A stretch of DNA of 27,094 nucleotides from Coriobacteriales bacterium (GTDB taxonomy: Bacteria; Actinomycetota; Coriobacteriia; Coriobacteriales; CADBOM01): contig JAFWGD010000213.1 of the NCBI GenBank assembly GCA_017515355.1, positions 1-27,094 of the forward strand, written 5' to 3'. A program made the translations under genes and the position numbers. Below the pieces are notes generated by a model, which saw only the letters and a list, made by a program, of their open reading frames with translations, was not told the DNA's origin and did not search any database. Below, piece after piece: positions 17,401 to 27,094 of this stretch (within the stretch, counting starts at the first letter, position 1; each line of letters begins with the position of its first letter).

Positions 17401-18004
17401 ATGAAAGTCGCACTGCACGCATGCTGCGGACCATGTTCCACCGTGGCGCTTAGAGAGCTATCCCAACAAGGCCACGACACAGCCATCTTTCTTCTCCAAC
17501 TCGAATATCCATCCGGAATCGGAGTATCTGCGTCGCCTCGACACCATCGAGGCTTACGCCAGCGCGCTCGGCATCGAGCTCGTTGCGGACGAGTACTCGC
17601 CGAACCGATGGATCGACGCTGTGGGGGAGTGCAAGGAGCATACCCCCGAGCGCTGCAGGCGCTGCTATCGCCTGCGGTTCGAGCGCACCGCCGATTACGC
17701 TGCGAAAAACGGTTTCGAGGCGATCGCCACATCGCTCTCGGTCAGCCCCTACCAATTCACCCAGGTGATAAACGAGGAGCTCGCGGCCGCTGCCGAGAGG
17801 CACGGGCTCGTCGCGCTGCCCGCCGACTACCGCGAGATGTACCAGGATTCGGTCGATTTGTCGCGCGAGGCCAACATGTACCGCCAGAACTATTGCGGCT
17901 GCATGTATTCGATGGTGGAGGCGGCAGAGGAGCGCACCGAGAGGCGCAAGGCGCGCAAGGCCGCCAAACTCGCCGCCAAGTCTGCCGAAGGTGGCGAGGG
18001 CTAG
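17401..18004 (+). pseudogene. queH: Epoxyqueuosine reductase QueH (DUF208) with a +1 frameshift near 17488-17491
   Basis: Frame 0 gives MKVALHACCGPCS...GHDTAIF. The +1 frame from 17492 gives FSNSNIHPESEYLRR...ERCRRCYRLRF...SLSVSPYQ...YRQNYCGC. The span is 604 nt, or 201 codons plus one base. Confidence 0.88.
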
Positions 18005-18118
18005 CCGCCTGATAGGTGCACCCGCTGTGCCCCCAATCCATGTAGAATGTTCTACGCAAGCCCGATGCGGCATTCGCTGCGAGGCTTGCCAACGATGATG
18101 CCGACCACAGGAACGCAG

Positions 18119-20364
<2,246 letters not shown>

Positions 20365-20409
20365 TGGCGAGTTTTGGATCGACCGATTCTTCGACAGTGA
20401 GGATGTAGC

Positions 20410-22443
20410 ATGTCCGACGTTTCCCAAGCAAATGGAACCTTGGCCGAAAGGCTTCCCCAGCGCAGGCTGCAGCTGGTCGCCCTGGCGCTTTTCGCGCTGG
20501 CTCTAGCGCTGTTCACATTGCTCCCCGCGAGCTTCAACAGCGCGCAAGCCAAAGACTACACGATGCCCGAAGTGCACATCGATGCGGTGGTGGAGGACAA
20601 CGGCAACCTCCACGTGACCGAGGAGAGGCTCTTCGATCTCGACGGCAGCTTCACCTGCGTATGGTGGATCTTCGACTCTCTGCCCGGCGACAATCCGCTC
20701 GTCGTCAACGGAGTGAGGTACAGGCAGAAGGAGCGTTCTGTCGATTACTACGGCGACATCACGGTTGATGCCCAACTTGAGGAGGTGCCCTTCCAGGAGG
20801 AGTGGCGCGACTACGGCGGGCCTGGCAAGAACTGCTACTCGGTGGACTATGAGGAGAACGGCATCTACGTCTTCTTCGATGCCACCGACTCGCTGCTTTC
20901 GATCGAGATCGACTACACGGTCACCGATGCCGTGGCGATCTACGATGACGTCGCCGAGCTCTACTGGCAATACGTTGGAAGCGAATGGGCGGTCGCCTCG
21001 GGTTCGGTCGAAATGTCGCTGACGCTGCCCAGTCCAAATGGAACGCTGGGCGAACTCGGCGATGAGGTGCGCGCTTGGGGCCACGGCGACCTCTCCGGCT
21101 ACGTGGCGCTCAGCGATGATGGCAAGTGCATCACCTACTCGTCGCCGTATGTCTTTCCCGGCGATTTCGCCGAGGCGCGCGTCACCTTCCCGCGTGATTG
21201 GATCACCAATCCGTCCGAGGCTGCGCTGGCAGCGCATAAGGGCGAGGACATCCTCGACGACATCTTGGCCGAAGAGCAGAGCTGGGCGCGAGAGGCCAAC
21301 ATGCAGCGTGCGCTCGAGATGTTCCTCCACTATCTGCCCGCAGCGTTCGTGCTCGCGCTCATCATCTTCACGATCTACGCCTACGCCAAGTACGGCAGGA
21401 AGCTCAGGCCCACGCAGCGCTACGAGTACTGGAACGACGTGCCCGACAGGAGCGTCCATCCTGCGGTGATCGGGCGAATCTGGCGCGAGGGCAAGGAAAG
21501 CAGCGCCGACCTCATCGCCACGCTGATGTCGCTGGCTAACAGGGGAGCGATCGAGCTCGTGCCGACGGGAATCCAGAATGCGCGCAGGCCGGAGGATGCC
21601 TACGCGTTCAAGTGCGCACCGAATGCCTTCGACGACTTCAACGACCCGATAGACGACGAGACGCTGCGCTTCTTCTTCGGCCGCATCGGGCGCAACCGCA
21701 GCGCTGTGACGCTCTCTTCGATCGCGGAGTTCGCGGATAACCACGCGGTGTCCTTCGACAACGGCTACTCGCATTGGCAAAGCGTCGTCACCAAGAGCGC
21801 CAACCGCGTCGGAATCAAGGACAAGAAGAGCATCCAGTGGGGCTCCAAGGTCAGGAGGGTTTCGGTCATCGCGATGATCGCGGCCTTCTTCCTGCTCGGC
21901 ATATCGGGCAGCGGGTGGACCATCGGGCTTTTCATCACCTCGTTGATCTCGCTCATCGTCGGAGCGCGCATGCCGCGCATGACCCAGCGCGCCACGGACA
22001 TCTACGAGAAGTGCCGCGCCTTCAAGAAGTGGTTGGGGAGCATCGCGACGCTCGATGACGTGCCTCCGGCGGACACTCGGCTTTGGGGCGAGTTCATGGT
22101 CTACGCGTACCTGATCGGCGTTGCCGACAAGACCATCGACAAGCTGCAGGAAGTGCGTCCGAGCCTCTTCGATCGCGACTCGAGCTCCAGCACCGTCCCG
22201 TGGTTCGTCTGGTATTCGTCCGGTTCCTCCGGCGACTCCGGCCTTTTCGGGCGCCATAGCTTCGTCGAGCGCTTCGAGGATCGCTTCGATGACGTTCGCA
22301 GGAGCGCCTATCGCGAGGCCCATCCCTCCAGCGATGGAGGCGGCGGAGGCGGCGGCGGATGGTCAAGCGGAGGCGGCGGAGGAGGCGGCTTCTCCGGAGG
22401 CGGAGGCGGCGGCTTCGGCGGCGGCGGAGGTGGAGCGCGCTAG
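20410..22443 (+). CDS. DUF2207-family membrane protein with Gly-rich C-terminus
   Basis: Signal-like N-terminus, VVEDNGNLHVTEE, VAELYWQYVG, VRAWGHG, ATLMSLANRG, YAYLIGVAD, terminal GGGGGFGGGGGGAR. Confidence 0.85.
   Translation: MSDVSQANGTLAERLPQRRLQLVALALFALALALFTLLPASFNSAQAKDYTMPEVHIDAVVEDNGNLHVTEERLFDLDGSFTCVWWIFDSLPGDNPLVVNGVRYRQKERSVDYYGDITVDAQLEEVPFQEEWRDYGGPGKNCYSVDYEENGIYVFFDATDSLLSIEIDYTVTDAVAIYDDVAELYWQYVGSEWAVASGSVEMSLTLPSPNGTLGELGDEVRAWGHGDLSGYVALSDDGKCITYSSPYVFPGDFAEARVTFPRDWITNPSEAALAAHKGEDILDDILAEEQSWAREANMQRALEMFLHYLPAAFVLALIIFTIYAYAKYGRKLRPTQRYEYWNDVPDRSVHPAVIGRIWREGKESSADLIATLMSLANRGAIELVPTGIQNARRPEDAYAFKCAPNAFDDFNDPIDDETLRFFFGRIGRNRSAVTLSSIAEFADNHAVSFDNGYSHWQSVVTKSANRVGIKDKKSIQWGSKVRRVSVIAMIAAFFLLGISGSGWTIGLFITSLISLIVGARMPRMTQRATDIYEKCRAFKKWLGSIATLDDVPPADTRLWGEFMVYAYLIGVADKTIDKLQEVRPSLFDRDSSSSTVPWFVWYSSGSSGDSGLFGRHSFVERFEDRFDDVRRSAYREAHPSSDGGGGGGGGWSSGGGGGGGFSGGGGGGFGGGGGGAR
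22336..22434 (+). repeat. GGC/GGA low-complexity tract encoding poly-Gly
   Basis: Run of GGN codons at the end of the DUF2207 gene. Confidence 0.85.
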
Positions 22444-22662
22444 CGCGCTGCGCCTTTGCGAATCGCGGTCCTATCGGGCAAAACATGTCCAAAACCGCTG
22501 CTCAGCGGGATATAGCCATGCTAGAAACGCCGCTTATCCAGCGCTGGGAGCGTGAATCCCAGCTTCCTTCCAGTTGCTATACTCGGGATTGTATAATGAT
22601 TGGTTGTATGTTGCGCGGGGCCAAAGGCCCAAGGCAATCAATCACAAGAATGGAAAGATTCG

Positions 22663-24060
22663 ATGGCAACTAGCAGGTTCAAACCAAAGAAGAAGATGTC
22701 GGAGAGGCGAATCCCCGTCACCCTTCTCGTCGTGGTTGCTGCGCTGGTAGCGGGCTCGATCGCATTGTTCTGGCCGCCCACGGAGCGCATCAACCAGGGC
22801 TTGGACATCCAGGGTGGAATCTCGGTGGTCATGACGGCCGAGACCGCCTCCGGCGAGGCTCCGAGCTCCGACGACATGGACACCACGGTCAAGGTCCTCG
22901 AGAACCGCGTCAATGCACTCGGCGCATCCGAGGCGACGGTCCAGCTCCAGGGCGATGACCAGATCCTCATCCAGATCCCCGGAGTCGCAGATCCGCAGAC
23001 CGCGCTCGACACGATCGGAACGGTCGGCTACCTCGAGTTCGTCGACGTCTCGACGATCACGGACAAGCAGACCCGCGACATGATCGACCAGGGCTACACC
23101 GGCGTCACCCTCGCGCCGGGCACCTACGAGACCAACATCACCGGCGATAACATCAACAACGTGACGATCGGCACGGAGTCGGAGATCAGCGCCTACTACG
23201 CGGTCGACATCACGCTCAACTCCGAGGGCGCCGATGCGTTCGGCAAGCTCACCAAGAGGCTCGCGCCCACGCACGGCAAGGTCGCGATCGTCCTCGACGG
23301 CGTGGTCCAGTCGGCCCCCGCGGTTCAAAGCGAGATTCCCAACGGCCGCGTCGAAATCACCGGCAACTACACGCAGGAGCAGGCCGAGTCGCTCGTGACG
23401 ATCCTCGAGTCCGGCTCGTTGCCGGTCACGCTGACCTACTCGCAGTCGCAGGTCGTCGGCCCGACGCTCGGTCAGGACTCGCTGCGTGCCGGCCTCATCG
23501 CGATGCTCGTCGGAATGATCGTCGTCATCTGCTATCTGATCTTCTACTACAGGGGCCTCGGCCTCCTCACCGCTGCGGCGATGCTGGTCTTCGGCACGAT
23601 CTACCTCGGAATACTCGCATTGCTTTCGGCGATGGGTCTCTTCTCGCTCTCGCTCGCGGGCATTGCGGGAATCATCCTGACGATAGGTATGGCGGCGGAC
23701 TCGTCGATTCTCGTCTTGGAGAGGTTCCGAGAGGAGATCCGCATGGGACGCTCGATCAAGGCCTCGTCCAAGAGCGGTGTCCACCACGGAATCATGACCT
23801 CGATCGACGCCGACGTCGTCACGATCGTCTCGGCGCTCGCGCTGTTGATCTTCGCGGCTGGGGCGGTCAAGGGCTTCGGTCTCACGCTTGCCCTCGGAAT
23901 CGTCTGCGACATCATCACGATGGTCTGCTTCAAGGGTCCGATCATCAGGCTTCTCGCTCCCAAGGTCATCGCCAACAACCCGAAGTTCTGGGGCGTCAAG
24001 GACGACCTCGCCGAAGCGATCGCTGCTGGCGAGATGGTGAGAGGAGGCGAGAATGGCTAG
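22663..24060 (+). CDS. secD: Protein translocase subunit SecD
   Basis: QGLDIQGG, LENRVNALG, IVLDG...SAP, ESGSLPV, VGPTLG, GMAADSSILVLERFREE; start set at ATG 22663 after GGAAAG. Confidence 0.96.
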   Translation: MATSRFKPKKKMSERRIPVTLLVVVAALVAGSIALFWPPTERINQGLDIQGGISVVMTAETASGEAPSSDDMDTTVKVLENRVNALGASEATVQLQGDDQILIQIPGVADPQTALDTIGTVGYLEFVDVSTITDKQTRDMIDQGYTGVTLAPGTYETNITGDNINNVTIGTESEISAYYAVDITLNSEGADAFGKLTKRLAPTHGKVAIVLDGVVQSAPAVQSEIPNGRVEITGNYTQEQAESLVTILESGSLPVTLTYSQSQVVGPTLGQDSLRAGLIAMLVGMIVVICYLIFYYRGLGLLTAAAMLVFGTIYLGILALLSAMGLFSLSLAGIAGIILTIGMAADSSILVLERFREEIRMGRSIKASSKSGVHHGIMTSIDADVVTIVSALALLIFAAGAVKGFGLTLALGIVCDIITMVCFKGPIIRLLAPKVIANNPKFWGVKDDLAEAIAAGEMVRGGENG

Positions 24061-25084
24061 GTATTTCAAGCATGACCTGAACTTCATGGGTCATAGGAAG
24101 ATCTTCTTCGCTATCTCTCTCTTCCTGGTCGTCCTCTCGATTGGCGCGCTTGCCATCAGGGGTCTCAACCTCGGCATCGAGTTCGTCGGCGGCACGAACA
24201 TCACGTTCACCAACACCGGTGAGCTTACCATCGAGGAGATGCGCGAGGCGTGCGACAACGTGGGTCTGGAGAATCCGATCATCCAGACCTCCGACTCTGG
24301 AACCACTCATGGCTTCATCATTCGCACGAGCGAGACCAGCCCCGAGGCTGCAACCGCCGTGGCGATCCAACTGACCAGCGACCTCCAGCTCGAGGAGTCC
24401 TCCTACGAGGTCCAGACGATTGGCCCGGACTGGGGCTCGAGCGTTCTGAAGACTTCGCTGAAGGCGTTCATCATCGCGATGCTGCTGATCATCTGCTACA
24501 TCGCGATCAGGTTCGAGTGGAAGATGTCGCTCACCGCGATCCTCGGCCTTTGCCACGACCTGCTGATCGTCATCGGCATCTACGCGCTGTTCGGGCGCGA
24601 GGTCACGCCTAACGCGATCGCCGCGCTGCTGACCATCATGGGCTACTCGTTATACGACACCGTCGTCGTATTCCACCGAATCAACGAGAACGCAAGCCCG
24701 GACATGCAGCATTCCTACATGACCATCGCGAACCACTCGGTCAACCAGGTCTTCGCGCGTACGATCAACACCACGCTGACCTCGCTGCTCCCGGTTCTCG
24801 CGATGCTCTTCTTCGGTGGCGACACGCTGAAGGACTTCGCGTTCGCGATGACCATCGGACTCATCCTCGGCTCCTACTCGTCGTTTGGAATATCGGTTCC
24901 GATCTTCTCGCTGTGGAAGTCCAGAGAGCCCGAGTACGCCCCGCTCGCGGTCAAATACGGCGAGGGCGTCGGCGACTTCAGCGGCGAGCAGCTTCCCGAG
25001 ATGTTCCGAGAGGAGAACCTCCCGCAGTCGGTTGTCAAGAAGGCTGCCAAGAATGCGAGGGAAAAGGGGAAGAAGGGCAAGTAG
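24053..25084 (+). CDS. secF: Protein translocase subunit SecF
   Basis: LNLGIEFVGGT, IGPDWG, MGYSLYDTVVVFHRINEN, RTINTTLT, YSSFGIS; overlaps the secD stop by 8 bp. Confidence 0.96.
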   Translation: MARYFKHDLNFMGHRKIFFAISLFLVVLSIGALAIRGLNLGIEFVGGTNITFTNTGELTIEEMREACDNVGLENPIIQTSDSGTTHGFIIRTSETSPEAATAVAIQLTSDLQLEESSYEVQTIGPDWGSSVLKTSLKAFIIAMLLIICYIAIRFEWKMSLTAILGLCHDLLIVIGIYALFGREVTPNAIAALLTIMGYSLYDTVVVFHRINENASPDMQHSYMTIANHSVNQVFARTINTTLTSLLPVLAMLFFGGDTLKDFAFAMTIGLILGSYSSFGISVPIFSLWKSREPEYAPLAVKYGEGVGDFSGEQLPEMFREENLPQSVVKKAAKNAREKGKKGK

Positions 25085-25108
25085 CCCGCGCTTCGAACGG
25101 AATCCCAT

Positions 25109-25146
25109 GCGAAGGCCCGGTAATCGCATTACCGGGCCTTCGCTTT
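25109..25146 (+). terminator. Strong hairpin terminator after secF
   Basis: Perfect 16-bp stem GCGAAGGCCCGGTAAT / ATTACCGGGCCTTCGC with a 3-nt loop, then TTT. Confidence 0.8.
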
Positions 25147-25148
25147 AG

Positions 25149-25178
25149 TTGACAGAAGTGGCGTGTAGAGGTTAAAAA
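25149..25178 (+). promoter_or_regulatory. Candidate promoter for the LRR gene
   Basis: TTGACA (25149-25154), then TTAAAA/TAAAAA at 17-18 bp spacing. Confidence 0.45.
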
Positions 25179-25238
25179 GTGCTCACAAGGCACGATGTTC
25201 CCCACATGTTTATTACCCACAGATTGGAGGGCAACGAG

Positions 25239-27094
25239 ATGAGAGGGATCGCGAGGAAGGCAGCCACCAGATTCATGGTCTTGGCTGCCGTTTTCATGTT
25301 TGCGCTCGGCCTTAGCGTGGTGGCCAGCGGACAGCAAGCGCAGGCGGCAACGGATACAGTCACGAAAGTCAATCTCTTCACGGGAGTGGGCTATTCCCTT
25401 GACTATGCGTTTGCGCCAGGAGAGGACGTCGAAGAGATGCCGCTTAGCGTTCAATCGGTGGAGTCAACCAACGGGCTGGTTGCGGTCTCAGATCTGCAAT
25501 TCGATCAGAATGAATACTACAAGTGGTGCAAATCCTATACCGATGTTCACGACAACTTGGACTGGATCAAATACTCCGAGGATGATGAACAGGGCCTCTA
25601 TTTCACAGATGGTGAGAGCCGATTCATGGCGGAGCTGTATCTCGAGGCGGATTCTGGCTATGTCTTTGCGGATGACTGCCAATTCTTCATCAATGGCGAG
25701 GAGATGACATTCTACAAGAAGTACAACAATCAGGATGTCATCTACTATGTCTCCCGCTATGCGGCTGGTACAACAGGCTCCTGCGGTGAAAACGCAACCT
25801 ATGTTATCGACATGGAGACCGGTACGCTGACGATCTCGGGAACTGGCGCGCTGACAGACTTCGGAAATGCCAGTTTCTCGATGTTTGCGCCTTACCGACA
25901 CTACATCAAGACGCTGATCATCGAGGAGGGCATCACAGAAATCGGCTCCTGCTTGACATCGCGGTTCTATAACTGCACGAGCGTCTCCCTTCCAAGCACT
26001 CTGGAAAGGGTTGGCTGGGCATCATTTGCCGGCTATGAGAAGTTAAAGGAGATCACGCTGCCGGTATCGATTGTCAGTATCGAAGGCAGCGCATTCTACA
26101 ATACCGGTCTCGAGACGATCTACTATCTGGGTACGACGGAGCAATGGGCTGCAGTCGATGTTTCCAACCAAGACAACGATATCCTTGGCACCGACGCGCT
26201 GGTAATCCAAGGCCACGTCCACAACTTCGTCAAAGTGGAGTCGCATGCTGCGACCTGTGGAACAGCTGGATATGACGTCTATGAATGCGACTGCGGCAGC
26301 AGGTATGAGCAGGAGACCGAGCCCGCGACTGAAGAGCATATCTGGGGAGAGGATGAGAGATGCACGGTGTGTGGAGCGCTGAGGCCGCCCGATCCCGATG
26401 CCAGGTCAGGCAAGTGCGGTCCCGATGTCTATTGGGCTTTCGATGAGGAGACCGGCATCCTATCGATTACAGGAACCGGTCCGATGATCGATTACGGAAA
26501 CGCCATGTACTCCCCATTCAGCCCCTTTTCATATTACGTGAAGGCGCTCGAGGTCGGGGAAGGCGTGACGACCATTGGCTCCTGCTCGACTACGAATTTC
26601 CTCAATTGCACAAGCGTCTCCCTTCCAAGTACCCTGGAAAGGCTTGGTTGGGCGGCGTTTTCCAATCATAGGAGTTTGAAGGAGATCACGCTCCCTTCAT
26701 CGATTGTCAGTATTGATGAGCACGCATTTGGCTACACGGGTCTTGAGACTATCAACTATATGGGTACGACGGAGCAATGGGCTGCAGTCGATGTTTCCAA
26801 CAAAAACAACGGCAACGATATCCTCTTCGATATGGGTCCGGAAGGATTCCACTGCTGGGTTGAGGGTGCTGTTTCGAAGGCCACTTTGACTTCAAACGGA
26901 AGCGTTGGTTATTTCTGCGATAGGTGCGGCGATACGATGGGCGAGACTATCTATTCCCCCAGCGTATTCACGCTTGACCCGAATCCCTGCGTCGCCAATG
27001 GAAGCCCGAGAGAGCCAAAGGTCACGGTTGTGGATTCCAATGGGAAGACCGTCCCCGCGTCGCAATATAGCGTCACCTATTCCAATAACGTCAA
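25239..27094 (+). CDS. BspA-like leucine-rich-repeat surface protein, 3'-truncated (absent from the ORF track)
   Basis: Manual translation is open from ATG 25239 (RBS GGAGG) to the window end. Signal peptide ends ...QQAQA/A; GTLTISGTG, IIEEGITEIG, SLPSTLERVG..F, ITLP.SI.SI...AF, Y.GT.EQW; His/Cys linker ATCGTAG...ECDCG and CTVCG. Confidence 0.88.
   Translation, partial: MRGIARKAATRFMVLAAVFMFALGLSVVASGQQAQAATDTVTKVNLFTGVGYSLDYAFAPGEDVEEMPLSVQSVESTNGLVAVSDLQFDQNEYYKWCKSYTDVHDNLDWIKYSEDDEQGLYFTDGESRFMAELYLEADSGYVFADDCQFFINGEEMTFYKKYNNQDVIYYVSRYAAGTTGSCGENATYVIDMETGTLTISGTGALTDFGNASFSMFAPYRHYIKTLIIEEGITEIGSCLTSRFYNCTSVSLPSTLERVGWASFAGYEKLKEITLPVSIVSIEGSAFYNTGLETIYYLGTTEQWAAVDVSNQDNDILGTDALVIQGHVHNFVKVESHAATCGTAGYDVYECDCGSRYEQETEPATEEHIWGEDERCTVCGALRPPDPDARSGKCGPDVYWAFDEETGILSITGTGPMIDYGNAMYSPFSPFSYYVKALEVGEGVTTIGSCSTTNFLNCTSVSLPSTLERLGWAAFSNHRSLKEITLPSSIVSIDEHAFGYTGLETINYMGTTEQWAAVDVSNKNNGNDILFDMGPEGFHCWVEGAVSKATLTSNGSVGYFCDRCGDTMGETIYSPSVFTLDPNPCVANGSPREPKVTVVDSNGKTVPASQYSVTYSNNV
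25782..26801 (+). repeat. Internal duplication of an LRR module, period 633 bp
   Basis: TGCGGT at 25782 and 26415; GCGTCTCCCTTCCAAG at 25981 and 26614; an identical 41-mer at 26128-26168 and 26761-26801. Confidence 0.9.

Noticed and set aside
18042-18089. Palindrome GTAGAA-TG-TTCTAC and GCAAGCC/GGCTTGC stem upstream of queA as an SOS box or riboswitch
   Set aside because: It does not match GAAC-N4-GTTC, the stems are short, and TAGAAT is more simply a -10 element.
22336-22448. GGC-rich tract as a contingency or phase-variation locus
   Set aside because: Gly-rich tails are normal for DUF2207 proteins, and the tract is mixed-codon and in frame.
25782-26801. Diversity-generating retroelement TR/VR pair in the LRR gene
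   Set aside because: Differences between the copies include many non-adenine synonymous changes, both copies are in-frame coding, and no reverse transcriptase is present.

Overview
High-GC bacterial chromosomal segment; protein style and gene content suggest Coriobacteriia/Eggerthellaceae-like Actinomycetota (inference). It is mostly housekeeping: a PhoP/PhoR-like two-component pair (5'-truncated), a URO-D-family protein, a GNAT-cpYpsA(SLOG) fusion, a TetR regulator, an Fe-S aldo/keto reductase, moeA-mogA, yaaA, an uncharacterised membrane-protein pair behind a palindromic operator, yebC, a second two-component pair, an SOS-boxed ruvC-ruvA-ruvB operon, a cold-shock protein, queH-queA-tgt, a DUF2207 protein, secD-secF, and a 3'-truncated BspA-like LRR surface protein that the ORF track missed. 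I found no rRNA, tRNA, CRISPR array or mobile element. The main anomalies are an in-frame TAG at a Tyr position in ruvB, on the ATPase/lid domain boundary, and a +1 frameshift in queH about 1.5 kb away. Each could be a sequencing error, a real lesion or recoding. The best candidates for undescribed biology are the His-containing membrane-protein pair with a NikR-like operator, the GNAT-SLOG fusion near Moco genes, and a three-way alternative-pairing element upstream of moeA.
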